Positions 18,717-33,997 of a DNA stretch of 64,000 bases are shown here, piece by piece. Positions within the stretch are counted from its first letter, which is position 1. Each line of letters opens with the position of its first letter. The stretch is from an uncultured Alphaproteobacteria bacterium. GTDB lineage: Bacteria > Pseudomonadota > Alphaproteobacteria > Rhizobiales > Hyphomicrobiaceae. A program made the translations under genes and the position numbers. Location of the stretch: assembly GCA_963817485.1 (NCBI GenBank), contig CAWFOR010000026.1, positions 168,898 to 232,897 on the forward strand, in the 5' to 3' direction. The notes below the pieces were generated by a model. The model was not told the origin of the DNA. It made no database searches and worked only from the letters and a program-made list of their open reading frames with translations.

Positions 18717-19457
18717 TCACTGGGCGATTGCCGAGGGCAGGTTTACGCGGCGCGACAGCTCCTCGGCGCTCTCCTTGCGCTCGCTGTAACGGTCGACGAG
18801 ATAGCCGGCGCGGTCCCTGGTCAGCAACGTGAACTTGACCAGCTCCTCCATTACGTCCACCACGCGGTCGTAGTAGGCCGACGGCTTCATGCGGCCCTCC
18901 TCGTCGAACTCCTGGAAGGCCTTGGCGACGGACGATTGGTTGGGAATGGTGATCATCCGCATCCACCGGCCGAGCACGCGCATCTGATTGACGGCGTTGA
19001 ACGACTGCGATCCGCCGCAAACCTGCATTAGCGCCAGCGTCTTTCCTTGCGTCGGTCTTACGGCGCCGACCGAGAGCGGGATCCAATCGATGATCGACTT
19101 CATGACGCCGCTCATCGCCCCGTGGCGCTCGGGCGAGCACCAGACCTGACCTTCCGACCATGCGGCGAGCTCGCGCAGCTCGGTCACCTTCGGATGAGTG
19201 TCAGGGGCGCCGTCGGGAAGCGGCAGTCCCTGCGGGTCGAAGATGCGCGTTTCGGCCCCGAAGGTTTCCAGCAAGCGCACCGCCTCGAAGGCCAGGAAGC
19301 GGCTGTATGACCGCGCCCGCAACGAGCCGTAGAGCAGCAGAATGCGCGGCTTGTGAGTCGCGGGGGCTTCCACCGCCAACTTGCCGGAGGCCGGGATTTC
19401 AAGGTGCTCGTGGGAGACGTTGGGGAGCCCATGATCACCTCCGTCATTCTTGCCCAT
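18717..19457 (-). CDS. arsH: ArsH NADPH-dependent FMN reductase (arsenical resistance protein)
   Basis: [48 protein letters not shown]. Confidence 0.93.
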   Translation of the reverse strand: MGKNDGGDHGLPNVSHEHLEIPASGKLAVEAPATHKPRILLLYGSLRARSYSRFLAFEAVRLLETFGAETRIFDPQGLPLPDGAPDTHPKVTELRELAAWSEGQVWCSPERHGAMSGVMKSIIDWIPLSVGAVRPTQGKTLALMQVCGGSQSFNAVNQMRVLGRWMRMITIPNQSSVAKAFQEFDEEGRMKPSAYYDRVVDVMEELVKFTLLTRDRAGYLVDRYSERKESAEELSRRVNLPSAIAQ

Positions 19458-19576
19458 CGATGCCCCCGTCCTTTCTTGCTGCCACCACTTCACCGTCCTC
19501 CTCCTTCAACAGGAGCCGGCGGACAATCGCATGAAAGGGTGTCGGCTGCCGAGGCTGTATCCGCCTCGGGAGCGCA

Positions 19577-21582
<2,006 letters not shown>

Positions 21583-21628
21583 GTGCCGGGCGGCCGACAG
21601 AGACCAGGTTGAGTAACGAGGACGTCGC

Positions 21629-22828
21629 ATGAACATCCACGAGTACCAGGCAAAAGAGCTGCTCCGGCAATTCGGGGTTCCGACCCCGCGCGGCATGGCG
21701 GCGTTCTCCGCGCGCGAGGCCGGCGAAGCGGTGCAGCAGCTGTCGGGCCCGATGTTCGTGGTCAAGGCGCAGATCCACGCCGGCGGCCGCGGCAAGGGCA
21801 AGTTCAAGGAGGCCTCCGCCGGCGAGAAGGGCGGCGTGCGGCTGGCGAAATCGCGCGATGAGGTGCGCTCCTTCGCCGAGCAGATGCTGGGCAAGACGCT
21901 CGTCACCCTGCAGACGGGCCCCGACGGCCGCGTCGTCAACCGCGTGTTCGTCTCGGAAGCCGCCGAGATCGCGCGCGAGCTCTATCTCTCCGCGCTCGTC
22001 GACCGCACGACCTCGCGCGTCGCCTTCATTGCCAGCAAGGCGGGCGGCGTGAACATCGAGGAGGTGGCGGCCGAGACCCCGGAAAAGATCATATCCGTCG
22101 CGATCGACCCGGCGTCCGGCTACGAGCCGTTCCACGGCCGCAGAATCGCATTTGCGCTGGGGCTGACGGGCAAGCAGGTCGGCGCCTGCGTGAAGCTCGT
22201 CGGCGACCTCTACCGGCTGATGCTGGAGAAGGACGTGAGCCTGCTGGAGATCAATCCGCTGGTCGTCACGCCGGATGGTGCGCTCACCTGCCTCGATTGC
22301 AAGATGAGCTTCGATTCCAACGCCCTCTACCGTCATCCCGACATCGTCGAGATGCGCGATCTCGGCGAGGAGGACCCGATGGAGGTCGAGGCCTCCAAGC
22401 ACGATCTCTCCTACGTCAAGCTCGACGGCACCATCGGCTGCATGGTCAACGGCGCCGGCCTCGCCATGGCGACGATGGACATCATCAAGCTCTATGGCAT
22501 GGAGCCGGCGAACTTTCTCGACGTAGGCGGCGGCGCGCCCAAGGAGCGCGTGCAGGCGGCCTTCAAGATCATCCTCTCCGATCCGGCTGTGAAGGGCATC
22601 CTGGTCAACATCTTCGGCGGCATCATGCGCTGTGACATCATCGCCGAGGGCGTGGTGGCGGCAGCGCGCGAGATGGCGATCCGCGTGCCCCTCGTCGTCC
22701 GGCTCGAGGGCACCAACGTCGACCTCGGCAAGAAGATCCTGGCCGAGAGCGGGCTGAAGATTACGCCGGCCGACAACCTCGGCGACGCGGCCGAGAAGAT
22801 CACCGACGCGGTGAAGAAGGCCGCCTAA
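21629..22828 (+). CDS. sucC: Succinyl-CoA synthetase beta subunit
   Basis: [39 protein letters not shown]. Confidence 0.99.
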   Translation: MNIHEYQAKELLRQFGVPTPRGMAAFSAREAGEAVQQLSGPMFVVKAQIHAGGRGKGKFKEASAGEKGGVRLAKSRDEVRSFAEQMLGKTLVTLQTGPDGRVVNRVFVSEAAEIARELYLSALVDRTTSRVAFIASKAGGVNIEEVAAETPEKIISVAIDPASGYEPFHGRRIAFALGLTGKQVGACVKLVGDLYRLMLEKDVSLLEINPLVVTPDGALTCLDCKMSFDSNALYRHPDIVEMRDLGEEDPMEVEASKHDLSYVKLDGTIGCMVNGAGLAMATMDIIKLYGMEPANFLDVGGGAPKERVQAAFKIILSDPAVKGILVNIFGGIMRCDIIAEGVVAAAREMAIRVPLVVRLEGTNVDLGKKILAESGLKITPADNLGDAAEKITDAVKKAA

Positions 22829-22976
22829 TTTTGCAGCCGGGAAGAGGCCCAAGCGCACAATACAGCGCCATTTGGCAAAGGCCGGGCGGTTTTTCGCCGC
22901 CCCGACCATTCTCCGGCTTGATGCAGTGCAAAAAAGGCTCCAAGAGTTGGGCCCTCAAGGGCAGCGGGCAGCGGTA

Positions 22977-23903
<927 letters not shown>

Positions 23904-24013
23904 GCGTATGCTGCGCCGCACACTAAGTATTGGATGCCCCCGGCAGACCTGAGCCGGGGCGGCCAGCAGCGCTTCTCCTGCCGCAATTCTTTCGTTGAGG
24001 CACAGGTATTTCC

Positions 24014-26977
24014 ATGACTCGCCAACCGCTCAATGATCGGTTCCTGCGCACCTCGTTTTTGAGCGGCGCCAATGCAGCCTACGTCGAGGAGATGCAGGCG
24101 CAGTACGAGCGCAACCCCGGCTCCGTCGGCGACGAGTGGCGCCACTTCTTCGAAAGCCTGAACGAGGAACGCGAGAAAGTCCCCGGCGACGGGCGCGGCC
24201 CGAGCTGGGGCCGCGAGCATCGAGACCGAGAACGGCGAGCTCGTCGCGGCGCTCGACCGGCGACTACGGCGCCGAGGAGCGCAACCTGCGCGACAACCTG
24301 CAGCAGCGTGCGCACATGCTCGGCTTCGAGATGTCGCCGGCCGCCTCGCTGCGCGCCACGCAGGATTCGATCCGCGCGCTGATGCTGATCCGCGCCTACC
24401 GCGTGATGGGGCATCTCGCCGCCGATCTCGATCCGCTCGGCCTCGCCGACCGCAAGGTGCACCGCGAGCTCAAGCCCGAGACCTATGGCTTCACGGATGC
24501 CGACCTCGACCGGCCGATCTTCATCGACCGCATGCTGGGGCTCGAGACGGCGACCATGCGCCAGATCCTGCGCATCCTGCGCCGCACCTACTGCCGGCAC
24601 ATCGGTGTGCAGTTCATGCACATTACCGAGCCCGGCGCAGAAGGCGTGGATCCAGGAGCGCATCGAGGGCGAGGAGAAGGACATCCGCTTCACGCCCGAG
24701 GGGCGGCGCGCGATCCTCAACAAGCTGATCGAGACGGAGGCGTTCGAGAAGTTCTGCGAGGTGAAGTACACCGGCACCAAGCGCTTCGGTATCGACGGAG
24801 CGGAATCCATGGTGCCGGCGCTGGAGCAGATCATCAAGCGCGGCGGCCAGCTCGGCGTCAAAGGCATCGTCATCGGCATGGCTCACCGCGGGCGGCTCAA
24901 CGTGCTCGCCAACGTGATGGAAAAGCCGTTTCGCGCCATCTTCAACGAGTTCAAGGGTGGCTCCTTCAAGCCCGACGACGTCGAGGGCTCGGGCGACGTG
25001 AAGTACCATCTCGGCGCCTCCTCCGACCGCGCCTTCGACAGCAACAACGTCCACCTGTCGCTGACCGCGAACCCCTCGCACCTCGAGATCGTCGATCCGG
25101 TCGTGCTCGGGAAAGTGCGCGCCAAGCAGGACCAGCTCGGATGCGCGGCGGGCGAGCGCACGCCGGTGCTGCCGCTGCTGATCCACGGTGACGCGGCCTT
25201 CGCCGGCCAGGGCGTGGTGGCCGAATGCTTCGGCCTCTCGGGCCTCAAGGGCCACCGCACCGGCGGCTCGATCCACTTCATCATCAACAACCAGATCGGC
25301 TTCACGACCAACCCGCGCCACTCGCGCTCCTCGCCCTACTGCTCGGACGTGGCCAAGATCATCGAGGCGCCGATCTTCCACGTGAACGGCGACAACCCGG
25401 AAGCGGTCGTGCACGTGGCCAAGATCGCGACCGAGTTCCGCCAGAAGTTCCAGAAGCCCGTCGTCATCGACATGTTCTGCTACCGGCGCTACGGCCACAA
25501 CGAGGCCGACGAGCCGATGTTCACGCAGCCGTTGATGTACAAGACGATCAAGTCGCATCCGACCGTGATCGAGATCTATTCCAAGCGCCTCGCCGAGGAA
25601 GGCGTGGTCACGGCGCAGGAATCGGAGCGCATGAAGTCGGGCTTTCGCGCGCAGCTCGAGAACGAGTTCGCCGCGGCCGACTGCTTCCGCCCCAACAAGG
25701 CCGATTGGCTCGATGGGCGCTGGTCGGGAATGGGCTTTGCCGAGGACGACGCGCGCCGCGGCGAGACCGGCGTCGACCTCGAGCGCCTGAAGATCATCGG
25801 GCGCCGCATCACCAGCATCCCGCCCGACTTCAATGCCCACAAGACCATCCGCCGCCTGCTCGACCGCCGTCGCGAGATGGTCGAGACGGGTGAGGGCATC
25901 GACTGGTCGATGGGCGAGCACCTGGCATTCGGCTCGCTGCTGAACGAGGGCTTCCCCGTGCGCCTCTCGGGCCAGGACTCGGAGCGCGGCACCTTCTCGC
26001 AGCGCCACTCGGTGCTGATCGACCAGGAGACCGAGCGCCGCTGGACGCCACTGAAGCATGTCGCCAACGACCAGGCCCACTTCGAGGTCATCAATTCGAT
26101 GCTGTCGGAGGAGGCGGTGCTGGGCTTCGAGTACGGCTACTCGCTCGCCGAGCCGAACGCGCTCGTCATGTGGGAGGCCCAGTTCGGCGACTTCGCCAAC
26201 GGCGCCCAGGTCGTGTTCGACCAGTTCATCTCCTCGGGCGAGCGCAAGTGGCTGCGCATGTCGGCGCTCGTGTGCCTCTTGCCGCACGGCTACGAGGGCC
26301 AGGGGCCCGAGCACTCCTCGGGCCGGCTCGAGCGCTACCTGCAGCTCTGCGCCGAGGACAACTGGCAGGTTGCCAATTGCACGACGCCGGCAAACTATTT
26401 CCACATCCTGCGGCGCCAGCTCCACCGCAAGTTCCGCAAGCCGCTGATCCTGATGACGCCGAAGTCGCTCTTACGCCACAAGCGCGTCGTCTCGCGCCTC
26501 GACGAGATGGGGCCCGGCACCACGTTCCATCGCCTGTTGTGGGACGACGCGGAGCACAAGCCTGACGAGAAGATCAAGCTCGTGCCCGACGACAAGATCC
26601 GCCGCGTGGTGCTGTGCACCGGCAAGGTCTATTACGATCTCTATGAGGCGCGCGAAGCCGCCGGCATCGATGACGTCTATCTCCTGCGCGTCGAGCAGCT
26701 CTATCCGTTCCCGGCACGCGCGCTGATGAACGAGCTCTCGCGCTTCAAGCAGGCGGGCATCGTGTGGTGTCAGGAGGAGCCCAAGAACATGGGCGCCTGG
26801 AGCTTCATTGAGCCCAACCTCGGGTGGGTGCTGGAGCGCATCGAGGCGCGCGTGCGCCGACCGGCCTACGCCGGGCGCCCGGCGTCGGCGTCGACGGCGA
26901 CGGGGCAATTGTCGAAGCACCTGCACGAGCAGAAGACGTTGGTTGAAGAGGCGCTCAACGGTCCGGACGGCATTTGA
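24014..26977 (+). CDS. sucA: 2-oxoglutarate dehydrogenase E1; apparent frameshifts near 24213, 24258 and 24632
   Basis: SFLSGANAAYVEE, IRAYRVMGH, GMAHRGRLNVL, GDVKYHLG, HGDAAFAGQG, WEAQFGDFAN, GQGPEHSS, spread over successive frames. Confidence 0.97.
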
Positions 26978-27050
26978 GGAAGAGGCGCGTCCCCGGGGCG
27001 GCCACGCTTCGGGACCGTTTGGGTGACCTTGGCGGCGAGGTGAGGACGAG

Positions 27051-28382
27051 ATGGCGACCGAAATTCGAGTGCCGGCCCTGGGCGAGAGCGTGACCGAGGC
27101 GATCGTCGGCAAGTGGCTCAAGGCGGCCGGCGACAGCGTCAACGCGGACGAGCCGCTGGTCGAGCTCGAGACCGACAAGGTGACGGTGGAGGTCAACGCG
27201 CCGGCGTCGGGCGTGCTGGGCGAGATCAAGGCGCTCGAGGGAACGACGGTTGCCGTCGGCGCGGTGCTGGGTGCGATCGGCAACGGCGCCGGTGTCGTGG
27301 CGGCGAAGCCGGCTCAGGCGTCGCCCGCGCCTGCTGCGCAGGCTCCGGTTGCCAAAGCCGCTCCCCCGCCGCCGCCCAAGGCTGCGTCCGCTCCTGTTGT
27401 TGCGGACAAATCCAACGGCGAGATGCCGCCGAGTCCCGCGGCACGCAAGAAGCTCGCCGAGGCGGGCCTCGACGCCGCCGCCATCGCCGGCTCGGGCAAG
27501 CGCGGACAGATCCTCAAGGAGGACGTGCCCGCAGCACCGGCGGCCAAGGCTCCCGAGCCTCCGCCTGCGCCGCACGAGGACGAGGAGCCGGCGGTCGCCG
27601 CGCCAGCGGCTTCCTTTGCGGGCTCGGTGCCCGTCCCCGTGCCCGCGCAGAACCTGCGGCTACCGGCCGCCGCAAACGATGCCGCGCGCGAGGAGCGCGT
27701 GCGCATGACCAAGTTGCGCCAGACCATCGCGCAGCGCCTGAAGGACGCGCAGAACACCGCCGCCATCCTGACGACGTTCAATGACGTCGACATGAGCGCG
27801 GTAATGAAGCTCAGGAGCGAGTTCAAGGACCTGTTCGAGAAGCGCCACGGGGTGAAGCTCGGCTTCATGGGCTTCTTCGTAAAGGCGTGCCTGCAGGCTT
27901 TGAGGGAGATCCCCTCGGTCAACGCCGAGATCGACGGCGACGAGATCGTCTACAAGAACTACTACCACATCGGCGTGGCGGTCAGCACCGACCGAGGCCT
28001 CGTCGTGCCCGTGGTCCGCGAAGCCGACCGCATGGGCCTCGCCGAGATCGAGGCGCAGATCTCCGATTACGGCAAACGCGCCCGCGACGGCAAGCTCGGC
28101 ATCGCCGACATGCAGGGCGGCACCTTCACCATCACCAACGGCGGCGTCTTCGGCTCGCTGCTGTCGACTCCGATCCTGAATGCGCCGCAGTCGGCCATTC
28201 TCGGCATGCACCGCATTGAGGAGCGGCCGGTGGTACGCGATGGCCAGGTGGTGGCCCGCCCGATGATGTACCTGGCCTTGAGCTATGACCACCGCATCGT
28301 CGACGGCAAGGAGGCGGTGGCCTTCCTCGTGCGAGTCAAGGAGTGTCTCGAAGAGCCGCAACGGTTTATCCTGGAGCTCTGA
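27051..28382 (+). CDS. sucB: 2-oxoglutarate dehydrogenase E2 dihydrolipoamide succinyltransferase
   Basis: Lipoyl ETDKVT, E3-binding [12 protein letters not shown], catalytic SYDHRIVDG. Confidence 0.99.
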   Translation: MATEIRVPALGESVTEAIVGKWLKAAGDSVNADEPLVELETDKVTVEVNAPASGVLGEIKALEGTTVAVGAVLGAIGNGAGVVAAKPAQASPAPAAQAPVAKAAPPPPPKAASAPVVADKSNGEMPPSPAARKKLAEAGLDAAAIAGSGKRGQILKEDVPAAPAAKAPEPPPAPHEDEEPAVAAPAASFAGSVPVPVPAQNLRLPAAANDAAREERVRMTKLRQTIAQRLKDAQNTAAILTTFNDVDMSAVMKLRSEFKDLFEKRHGVKLGFMGFFVKACLQALREIPSVNAEIDGDEIVYKNYYHIGVAVSTDRGLVVPVVREADRMGLAEIEAQISDYGKRARDGKLGIADMQGGTFTITNGGVFGSLLSTPILNAPQSAILGMHRIEERPVVRDGQVVARPMMYLALSYDHRIVDGKEAVAFLVRVKECLEEPQRFILEL

Positions 28383-28409
28383 GGCAGGAACAACCTGCGG
28401 AGCTAGGAA

Positions 28410-28832
28410 ATGGCGGAGGAACCCATTCCAGCGGCGATCGAGGTCTATCTCACGGTCAAGAATGGCCTGGAAGCCATCGAATTCTACAAGCGGGCGTTCG
28501 GGGCGCAGGTGGTGTACCAGGAGCTGACGGAGGACAAGCAGCAGGTCATGCACGCCTCGCTCGCGGCCTTCGGCGGACACTTCATGCTGTCGGATTACTT
28601 CCCTCAATACATAACCGACGTTGCGCCGCGCGCTCCCGACGCGCACGGCAGCGTCGCCATGCAGATCAACCTCCAGACGCCGGAGGAGGTCGACGCGGCG
28701 ATCGCGCGCGCGCAAGCTGCGGGCGCCACCGTGACCATGCCGGCGACGGATACGTTCTGGGTCATGCGCTACGGCCGGCTGCGCGACCCCTACGGCTATG
28801 TGTGGGCGTTCGGCGCTCCCCTCCCGCTCTAG
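28410..28832 (+). CDS. VOC/PhnB-family protein
   Basis: YLTV....[33 protein letters not shown]. Confidence 0.88.
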   Translation: MAEEPIPAAIEVYLTVKNGLEAIEFYKRAFGAQVVYQELTEDKQQVMHASLAAFGGHFMLSDYFPQYITDVAPRAPDAHGSVAMQINLQTPEEVDAAIARAQAAGATVTMPATDTFWVMRYGRLRDPYGYVWAFGAPLPL

Positions 28833-28854
28833 ACCCGCAAAGGAGTTTGCTTCC

Positions 28855-30258
28855 GTGAGCGCCTACGATCTGATCGTCATCGGAACCGGTCCCGGCGGCT
28901 ATGTGTGCGCCATCCGCGCAAGCCAGCTTGGGCTGAAGGTCGGCGTCGTCGAGAAGCGGGCGACGCACGGCGGCACCTGCTTGAACGTGGGCTGCATCCC
29001 CTCGAAGGCGCTGCTGCACGCCTCCGAGCTCTACGACGAGGCGCGCCATGCGTTTTCCGCTATGGGCATTGAGGCCGCGACGGAGCTCAATCTCGCGCAG
29101 ATGATGACCTTCAAGGACGAGGGCGTGAAGGGCAACGTCGACGGCGTTGCGTTCCTCTTGCGCAAGAACAAGGTCGACCACTTCCACGGCACGGGCCGCG
29201 TGCTCGGCGGCGGCAAGGTCGAGGTGACCTTCATCAACGGCGAGACGCAGATCATCGAGACCAAGGCTGCGGCCATCGCCACCGGATCGGAGCCGGCACA
29301 GCTCCCAGGGATCGAGATCGACGAGAAGGCCGTCGTCTCATCGACCGGCGCGCTGTCGCTCGACAAGGTGCCAAAGCGGCTGCTCGTCATCGGCGCCGGC
29401 ATCATTGGGCTGGAGCTTGGCTCCGTGTGGCGGCGGCTCGGGTCCGAGGTCACGGTCGTCGAGTTCCTCGACCGCATCCTGCCGGGACTCGACGGCGAGG
29501 TGGCCAAGCAGATGCAGAGGATCCTGACCAAGCAGGGTCTAGTGTTTCAGCTCGGCCGCAAGGTCACGCACGTCGATGAGAAGACGACCGGCTTGCTGAA
29601 GGTCACGACCGAGCCGGCTGCGGGCGGCGCGCCAGAGACGATCGAGACGGACGTCGTGCTCGTCGCCATCGGCCGCGTGCCGTACACGAAAGGCTTGGGG
29701 CTGGCTGAGGCGGGCGTTGCGCTCGACAACCGCGGGCGCGTCATCGTCGACGAGCACTACGAGACGAACGTGCCCGGAATCTATGCCATCGGCGACGTGA
29801 TCGCCGGGCCGATGCTTGCGCACAAGGCCGAGGACGAGGGCGTCGCGCTCGCCGAGATTTTGGCCGGGCAGGCGGGCCACGTGAACTACGACGTGATCCC
29901 CAACGTGGTCTATACGGCGCCCGAGGTGGCGAGCGTGGGCAAGACCGAGGAGGAGCTGAAGGCCGCCGGCATCGCCTACAAGGTCGGCAAGTTCCCGTTC
30001 ACGGCCAATGGGCGCGCCAAGGCCAACCACGCGACCGACGGCTTCGTGAAGATCCTCGCGGATGAGACGACCGATCGCGTGCTCGGCGTGCACATCGTTT
30101 CGGCGAACGCGAGCGAGATGATCGCGGAGGCGGCCGTGCTCATGGAGTTCGGCGGCTCGGCCGAGGATCTGGCTCGCACTTGCCACGCGCATCCGACGCT
30201 CACCGAGGCGGTGAAGGAAGCCGCAATGGCGGTCGACAAGCGCGCGATCCACATGTGA
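28855..30258 (+). CDS. lpdA: Dihydrolipoamide dehydrogenase
   Basis: [36 protein letters not shown] start. Confidence 0.99.
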   Translation: MSAYDLIVIGTGPGGYVCAIRASQLGLKVGVVEKRATHGGTCLNVGCIPSKALLHASELYDEARHAFSAMGIEAATELNLAQMMTFKDEGVKGNVDGVAFLLRKNKVDHFHGTGRVLGGGKVEVTFINGETQIIETKAAAIATGSEPAQLPGIEIDEKAVVSSTGALSLDKVPKRLLVIGAGIIGLELGSVWRRLGSEVTVVEFLDRILPGLDGEVAKQMQRILTKQGLVFQLGRKVTHVDEKTTGLLKVTTEPAAGGAPETIETDVVLVAIGRVPYTKGLGLAEAGVALDNRGRVIVDEHYETNVPGIYAIGDVIAGPMLAHKAEDEGVALAEILAGQAGHVNYDVIPNVVYTAPEVASVGKTEEELKAAGIAYKVGKFPFTANGRAKANHATDGFVKILADETTDRVLGVHIVSANASEMIAEAAVLMEFGGSAEDLARTCHAHPTLTEAVKEAAMAVDKRAIHM

Positions 30259-30279
30259 GTGGAGTGGAGCGCCGCGCCG

Positions 30280-31323
30280 CTACTCCATCGGGGTGACGGT
30301 GTAGCCGGCCTCGCGCAAGAGCGCGACGAGGCCCTGCTTGCCCGGCAGATGCAGCGCGCCGATGGCGATGAACACGCCGCCCTGCTCCAAGAGCGGCTCG
30401 GCGGTGGTGCGCATCTTGATGTTGCGCTCGGTCAGGAGCTTCTCCTGGAAGCCGGCGAAGGCCTCGTTGCCGATGCCGACCTGCTTGGCGATCGCGATCT
30501 GGAAGGGGAGCGCAGCGCTGATCTTGCGCTCGAGATAGAGCTGCACCAGCGTCTCCATCATGTCGTTGGTGCGGTCGGCGAATTTCAGGCTCGCGCGCAG
30601 CATGTCGAGCTGCTGGGGCTCCGGAACCGCAGCAAGCGCCTGCAGCTGCTCGGGGATGGTCTCGAGGCCAACGACCTGCAGGCCGCGCGCCTTGCCGACC
30701 TCGGCGATCTTCATGTCGAGCACGCGGGCGCCCTGCTGGATGCTCGTGCGCTCGCAGTCCGACACCGACATGATCATGGTGACGATCCACGGCTTGAACA
30801 GCGCCGCGAGGTCCGATGGCATGCCGGAGCGCGAGATGATGCGCTTGACCGTGTCGTACTCGGTGCCCGACAGCAGCCCGTCGAGCCGGCGGCCGTCGGT
30901 GAACATGACGAGCGGCGCCGACTGCGCGATGACGTTGGCGGTCGCCTTCTCGGAGATGTCGGAGACCTCCAGCGCGACGGTCTTCGACTGGCTGAGGGCC
31001 TGCTCGACGGCGGGCGACAGCTTGGTCACGCGCTCATCCGTCAGGTGCACGGTGCCGAACAGGTAGGAGGTCGGGCGCCCGGCGCGCTCGATCTTCCACA
31101 GTAGCGGGCCGGAGTTCTCGGTCGCGGCCGCCTGGGCCATGATCTTGGCGTAGGTCTCGGGGTCCTTCGCCTGCGTCTCGGCGAGCATATTGATGCCGCG
31201 GCACTTATCGGCGACCGCGACGGCGTCAGCCGGGTCGGCGGCCGAGGCTTGGAGCGGGGCAGCGAGCAGAGCTGCGGCAACGAGAGCGGCCGCGGCGGCG
31301 GCTTTGGCCAAGCAAATACGCAT
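30280..31323 (-). CDS. TraB/GumN-family exported protein
   Basis: Signal peptide; LLWKIE, SYLFGTVHL, GLET, ERN, IAIGALHLPG. Confidence 0.9.
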   Translation of the reverse strand: MRICLAKAAAAAALVAAALLAAPLQASAADPADAVAVADKCRGINMLAETQAKDPETYAKIMAQAAATENSGPLLWKIERAGRPTSYLFGTVHLTDERVTKLSPAVEQALSQSKTVALEVSDISEKATANVIAQSAPLVMFTDGRRLDGLLSGTEYDTVKRIISRSGMPSDLAALFKPWIVTMIMSVSDCERTSIQQGARVLDMKIAEVGKARGLQVVGLETIPEQLQALAAVPEPQQLDMLRASLKFADRTNDMMETLVQLYLERKISAALPFQIAIAKQVGIGNEAFAGFQEKLLTERNIKMRTTAEPLLEQGGVFIAIGALHLPGKQGLVALLREAGYTVTPME

Positions 31324-31448
31324 GTAAACGTGACACCCCGGAACTGTGGCTGGATAGGGCAGCTTATTCCTTGGGCATCAGGGCAAGAAAGGGGCAAAAT
31401 TACGTCAAGGTTGCCGCACTTTAGCTAAGACGTTGAATTTACAATATT

Positions 31449-32433
31449 TCACGATCTGGGGTGGGCTGCGTCATAAACGGCCAGCAGCCGCTCCCGGTCG
31501 ACTTCCGTGTAGGCCTGGGTCGTCGACAGCGAGGCGTGTCCCAGCAATTCCTGGATCTGGCGCAGGTCGCCGCCCGACGACAAGAGGTGCGTGGCGAAGG
31601 AGTGCCGCAGTGCGTGGGGGGTCGCCGTCGCAGGCAGGTCGAGCGCTGCCCGCATGCGCTCCATGGCGAGCTGGATGATGCGCGGCGACAGGGGTCCACC
31701 CTTGGCGCCGCGGAACAGCGCTTCCTCGGGCCCGAGCGGATACGGGTTGAGCGCGAGGTAGCGCGCAACCGCTGAGCGCACCACCGGCAGCACCGGCACC
31801 AGCCGCTCCTTGCCTGCCCTTGCCGGTGACGCGCAGCACGTCGCGGTCGCCGACGGGTGCGTCTTTCAGCTTGATCGACAGCGCCTCCGCGATGCGCAGG
31901 CCCGCGCCGTAGAGCAACAGCAGCACCGCAGCGTCGCGCGCGAGCGTCCACTCGAGCTCGGCGCCGGCGCTGGCCTCGACCACCCCGGCGGCCTTGGCGA
32001 TGGTCAGGGGCTTGGGGACCGAATGCGGCACCTTCGGGCTCGCGAGCTGCAGCACGGCGCGGTTCGCCACCTTCCCCTGCGCATCGAGCCAGCGGAAGAA
32101 CTGGCGCAGGGCCGAGAGCGTGCGCGCAAGCGAGCGGCTGACGGCGCCAGTGCGGCGGCGCGAGGCGAGGAAGGCGCGGAAGGTCTTGGGCTCGAGCCGC
32201 TGCAGGTCGGCGAGGCAGGGCGCGTGGCCGAGGTCGCTAGCGAGGTGGGAGAGGAACTGGCGCACATCGCGCGCGTAGGCGTCGAGCGTCTTTTCTGCGG
32301 CCCCTCGCTCGTGGCGCAGGTAAGCGAGCCAGTCGCCGACGGCTCTGTCGAGATCGGCGCCCAGCGGCAGCTCGATGTTTTCATTGGCGGTTCTGGGCAC
32401 GATGGCTCCGATCGGCAGCGCCCACGCGTCCAC
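31449..32433 (-). CDS. xerC: Tyrosine recombinase XerC; apparent frameshift near 31817
   Basis: YARDVRQF, ARDAAVLLLLYGAGLRIAE, VTGK, TPHALRHSFATHLL, IQELLGHASLSTTQAYT. Confidence 0.92.
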
Positions 32434-32455
32434 CCTAACGTTACCCGATTCGGAC

Positions 32456-32794
32456 CTACTCCGCGTCGTGCGGCTCGGGCCGTTCGGAGGTGGAGCGCAG
32501 CCGGGCCTCCAGCGCATCGATGCGCTCCAGGAGCTGCAGCGCCAGAGCGATGCCGGGCAGGTTGACGCCGAGGTCGCGCTGCAGACGGTGTGCCTTCTGC
32601 ACGCGCACAACGCTCGTCGCCGCAAAGCGCCATTGCGGACCGCCCGGCTTGAGCGGCTCCAGCACGCCCTCCTCGACGAGCTCCAGCACCCATTCGGTCT
32701 GCACGCGGCAAGAGCGCGTCAGCTCCGCGAGTGTGATCTCGTTCTCCTCGTTGAGAACGAGCACTGCCGGCTGTTCGGGGGATTTCGCGGGCAT
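32456..32794 (-). CDS. cbpM: Chaperone modulator CbpM (MerR-like)
   Basis: LVEEGVLEP, RLQRDLGVNLPGIALALQLL; directly downstream of a DnaJ-class gene. Confidence 0.85.
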   Translation of the reverse strand: MPAKSPEQPAVLVLNEENEITLAELTRSCRVQTEWVLELVEEGVLEPLKPGGPQWRFAATSVVRVQKAHRLQRDLGVNLPGIALALQLLERIDALEARLRSTSERPEPHDAE

Positions 32795-32797
32795 CGC

Positions 32798-33787
32798 CTA
32801 TACTCCCAGTCCGGCGCGCGGATTGAACGGGATCTCGCGCTCCATCTGTTGGTACAGCTCCTTCGCCTTCTCGGTATCTGCCGGCGGCGTCACGATCTTT
32901 AGCACGGCGTAGAAGTCGCCGGGCGGCGAGCCGGGAATGCCGCGGCCCTTCAACCGCATGGTGCGGCCCTTGGTCGAGCCGGGCGGGACCTTGAGCATCA
33001 CCGAGGTGTCGGGCATCGGAGCTTTGATGGAAGCGCCGAGTGCCGCTTCCCATGGCGCGATCGGCAGGTCGAGGTAGACGTCCTTGCCCTCGACGCGGAA
33101 CATGGGGTCGGGCGCGAACGCGACCTCGAGATAGAGGTCGCCCGCCGGCCCCTTGCCGATGCCGGGGGCGCCCTGGCCGGTGAGGCGGATGTGCTGGCCT
33201 TCGCGCACGCCCTTGGGGATCGTGACGTTCAGCGTGCGGTCCTTGACCGCGACGTGGCCCGTGCCGTCGACCTCAGGCATGCGGAGCGTGATCGAGCGCT
33301 TGGCACCGTTGTAGGCATCGCGCAGGTTGATAACGACCTTGGCGTGATGGTCCTGGCCTTGCGCGTTGAACTCGCGCGTGCCGGAGAAGCCGCCGCGAGC
33401 TCCGCCAAATCCGCGCGCTGCGCCGCCGCCCGCGCCACCGCGCATGCGGCCGAACAGGCCCTCGAAAAAGTCGCTGAACTGTGCGGAGTCGGCTCCGGCA
33501 TTGTCGCCGCCGCCCGAAAATTCGAAGCCCGCGTCCCAGTTGGGCGGCGGACGGAAGTCCTGCCCCTGCTTCCAGTTGGCGCCGAGCTCATTGTAGGCCG
33601 CGCGCTTCTCGGGATCCTTGAGAACCTCGTAGGCTTCGCCCGCCTCCTTGAATTTTGCTTCCGCGCCAGCGTCCTTGTTGACGTCGGGATGATAGGTGCG
33701 CGCGAGCTTGCGGTAGGCGCGCTTGATGTCGTCCTGGCTGGCGTTTCGCTCGACGCCGAGGATCTTGTAGTAGTCCTTATATTCCAT
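32798..33787 (-). CDS. cbpA: DnaJ-class co-chaperone CbpA (no Zn finger)
   Basis: MEYKDYY, YHPD J-domain, [23 protein letters not shown]. Confidence 0.9.
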   Translation of the reverse strand: MEYKDYYKILGVERNASQDDIKRAYRKLARTYHPDVNKDAGAEAKFKEAGEAYEVLKDPEKRAAYNELGANWKQGQDFRPPPNWDAGFEFSGGGDNAGADSAQFSDFFEGLFGRMRGGAGGGAARGFGGARGGFSGTREFNAQGQDHHAKVVINLRDAYNGAKRSITLRMPEVDGTGHVAVKDRTLNVTIPKGVREGQHIRLTGQGAPGIGKGPAGDLYLEVAFAPDPMFRVEGKDVYLDLPIAPWEAALGASIKAPMPDTSVMLKVPPGSTKGRTMRLKGRGIPGSPPGDFYAVLKIVTPPADTEKAKELYQQMEREIPFNPRAGLGV

Positions 33788-33997
33788 GGGGACGGCGGTC
33801 CTGAGACGGGTAGGGCGGTTGCCTGGACCATAGCGCCAAGCCGCTCCCGCCCGGTTAATCCGTGGTATCGGCAAGGAATATTGTCGCTTCGTGCCGCTGC
33901 CAAAAGTGCGGCGTTAGAGTGCGGGCGCCGCCTTCGCCGCGCCGCGACGCCGGGCTAGCCTGCGAGATCGATTCCCTTTGCCTTCGCCTGGAGCTCC

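Noticed and set aside
31449-32433. Tyrosine recombinase as a mobile-element integrase
   Set aside because: XerC-like sequence in a housekeeping context near lpdA/priA; no att repeats, tRNA target or phage genes.
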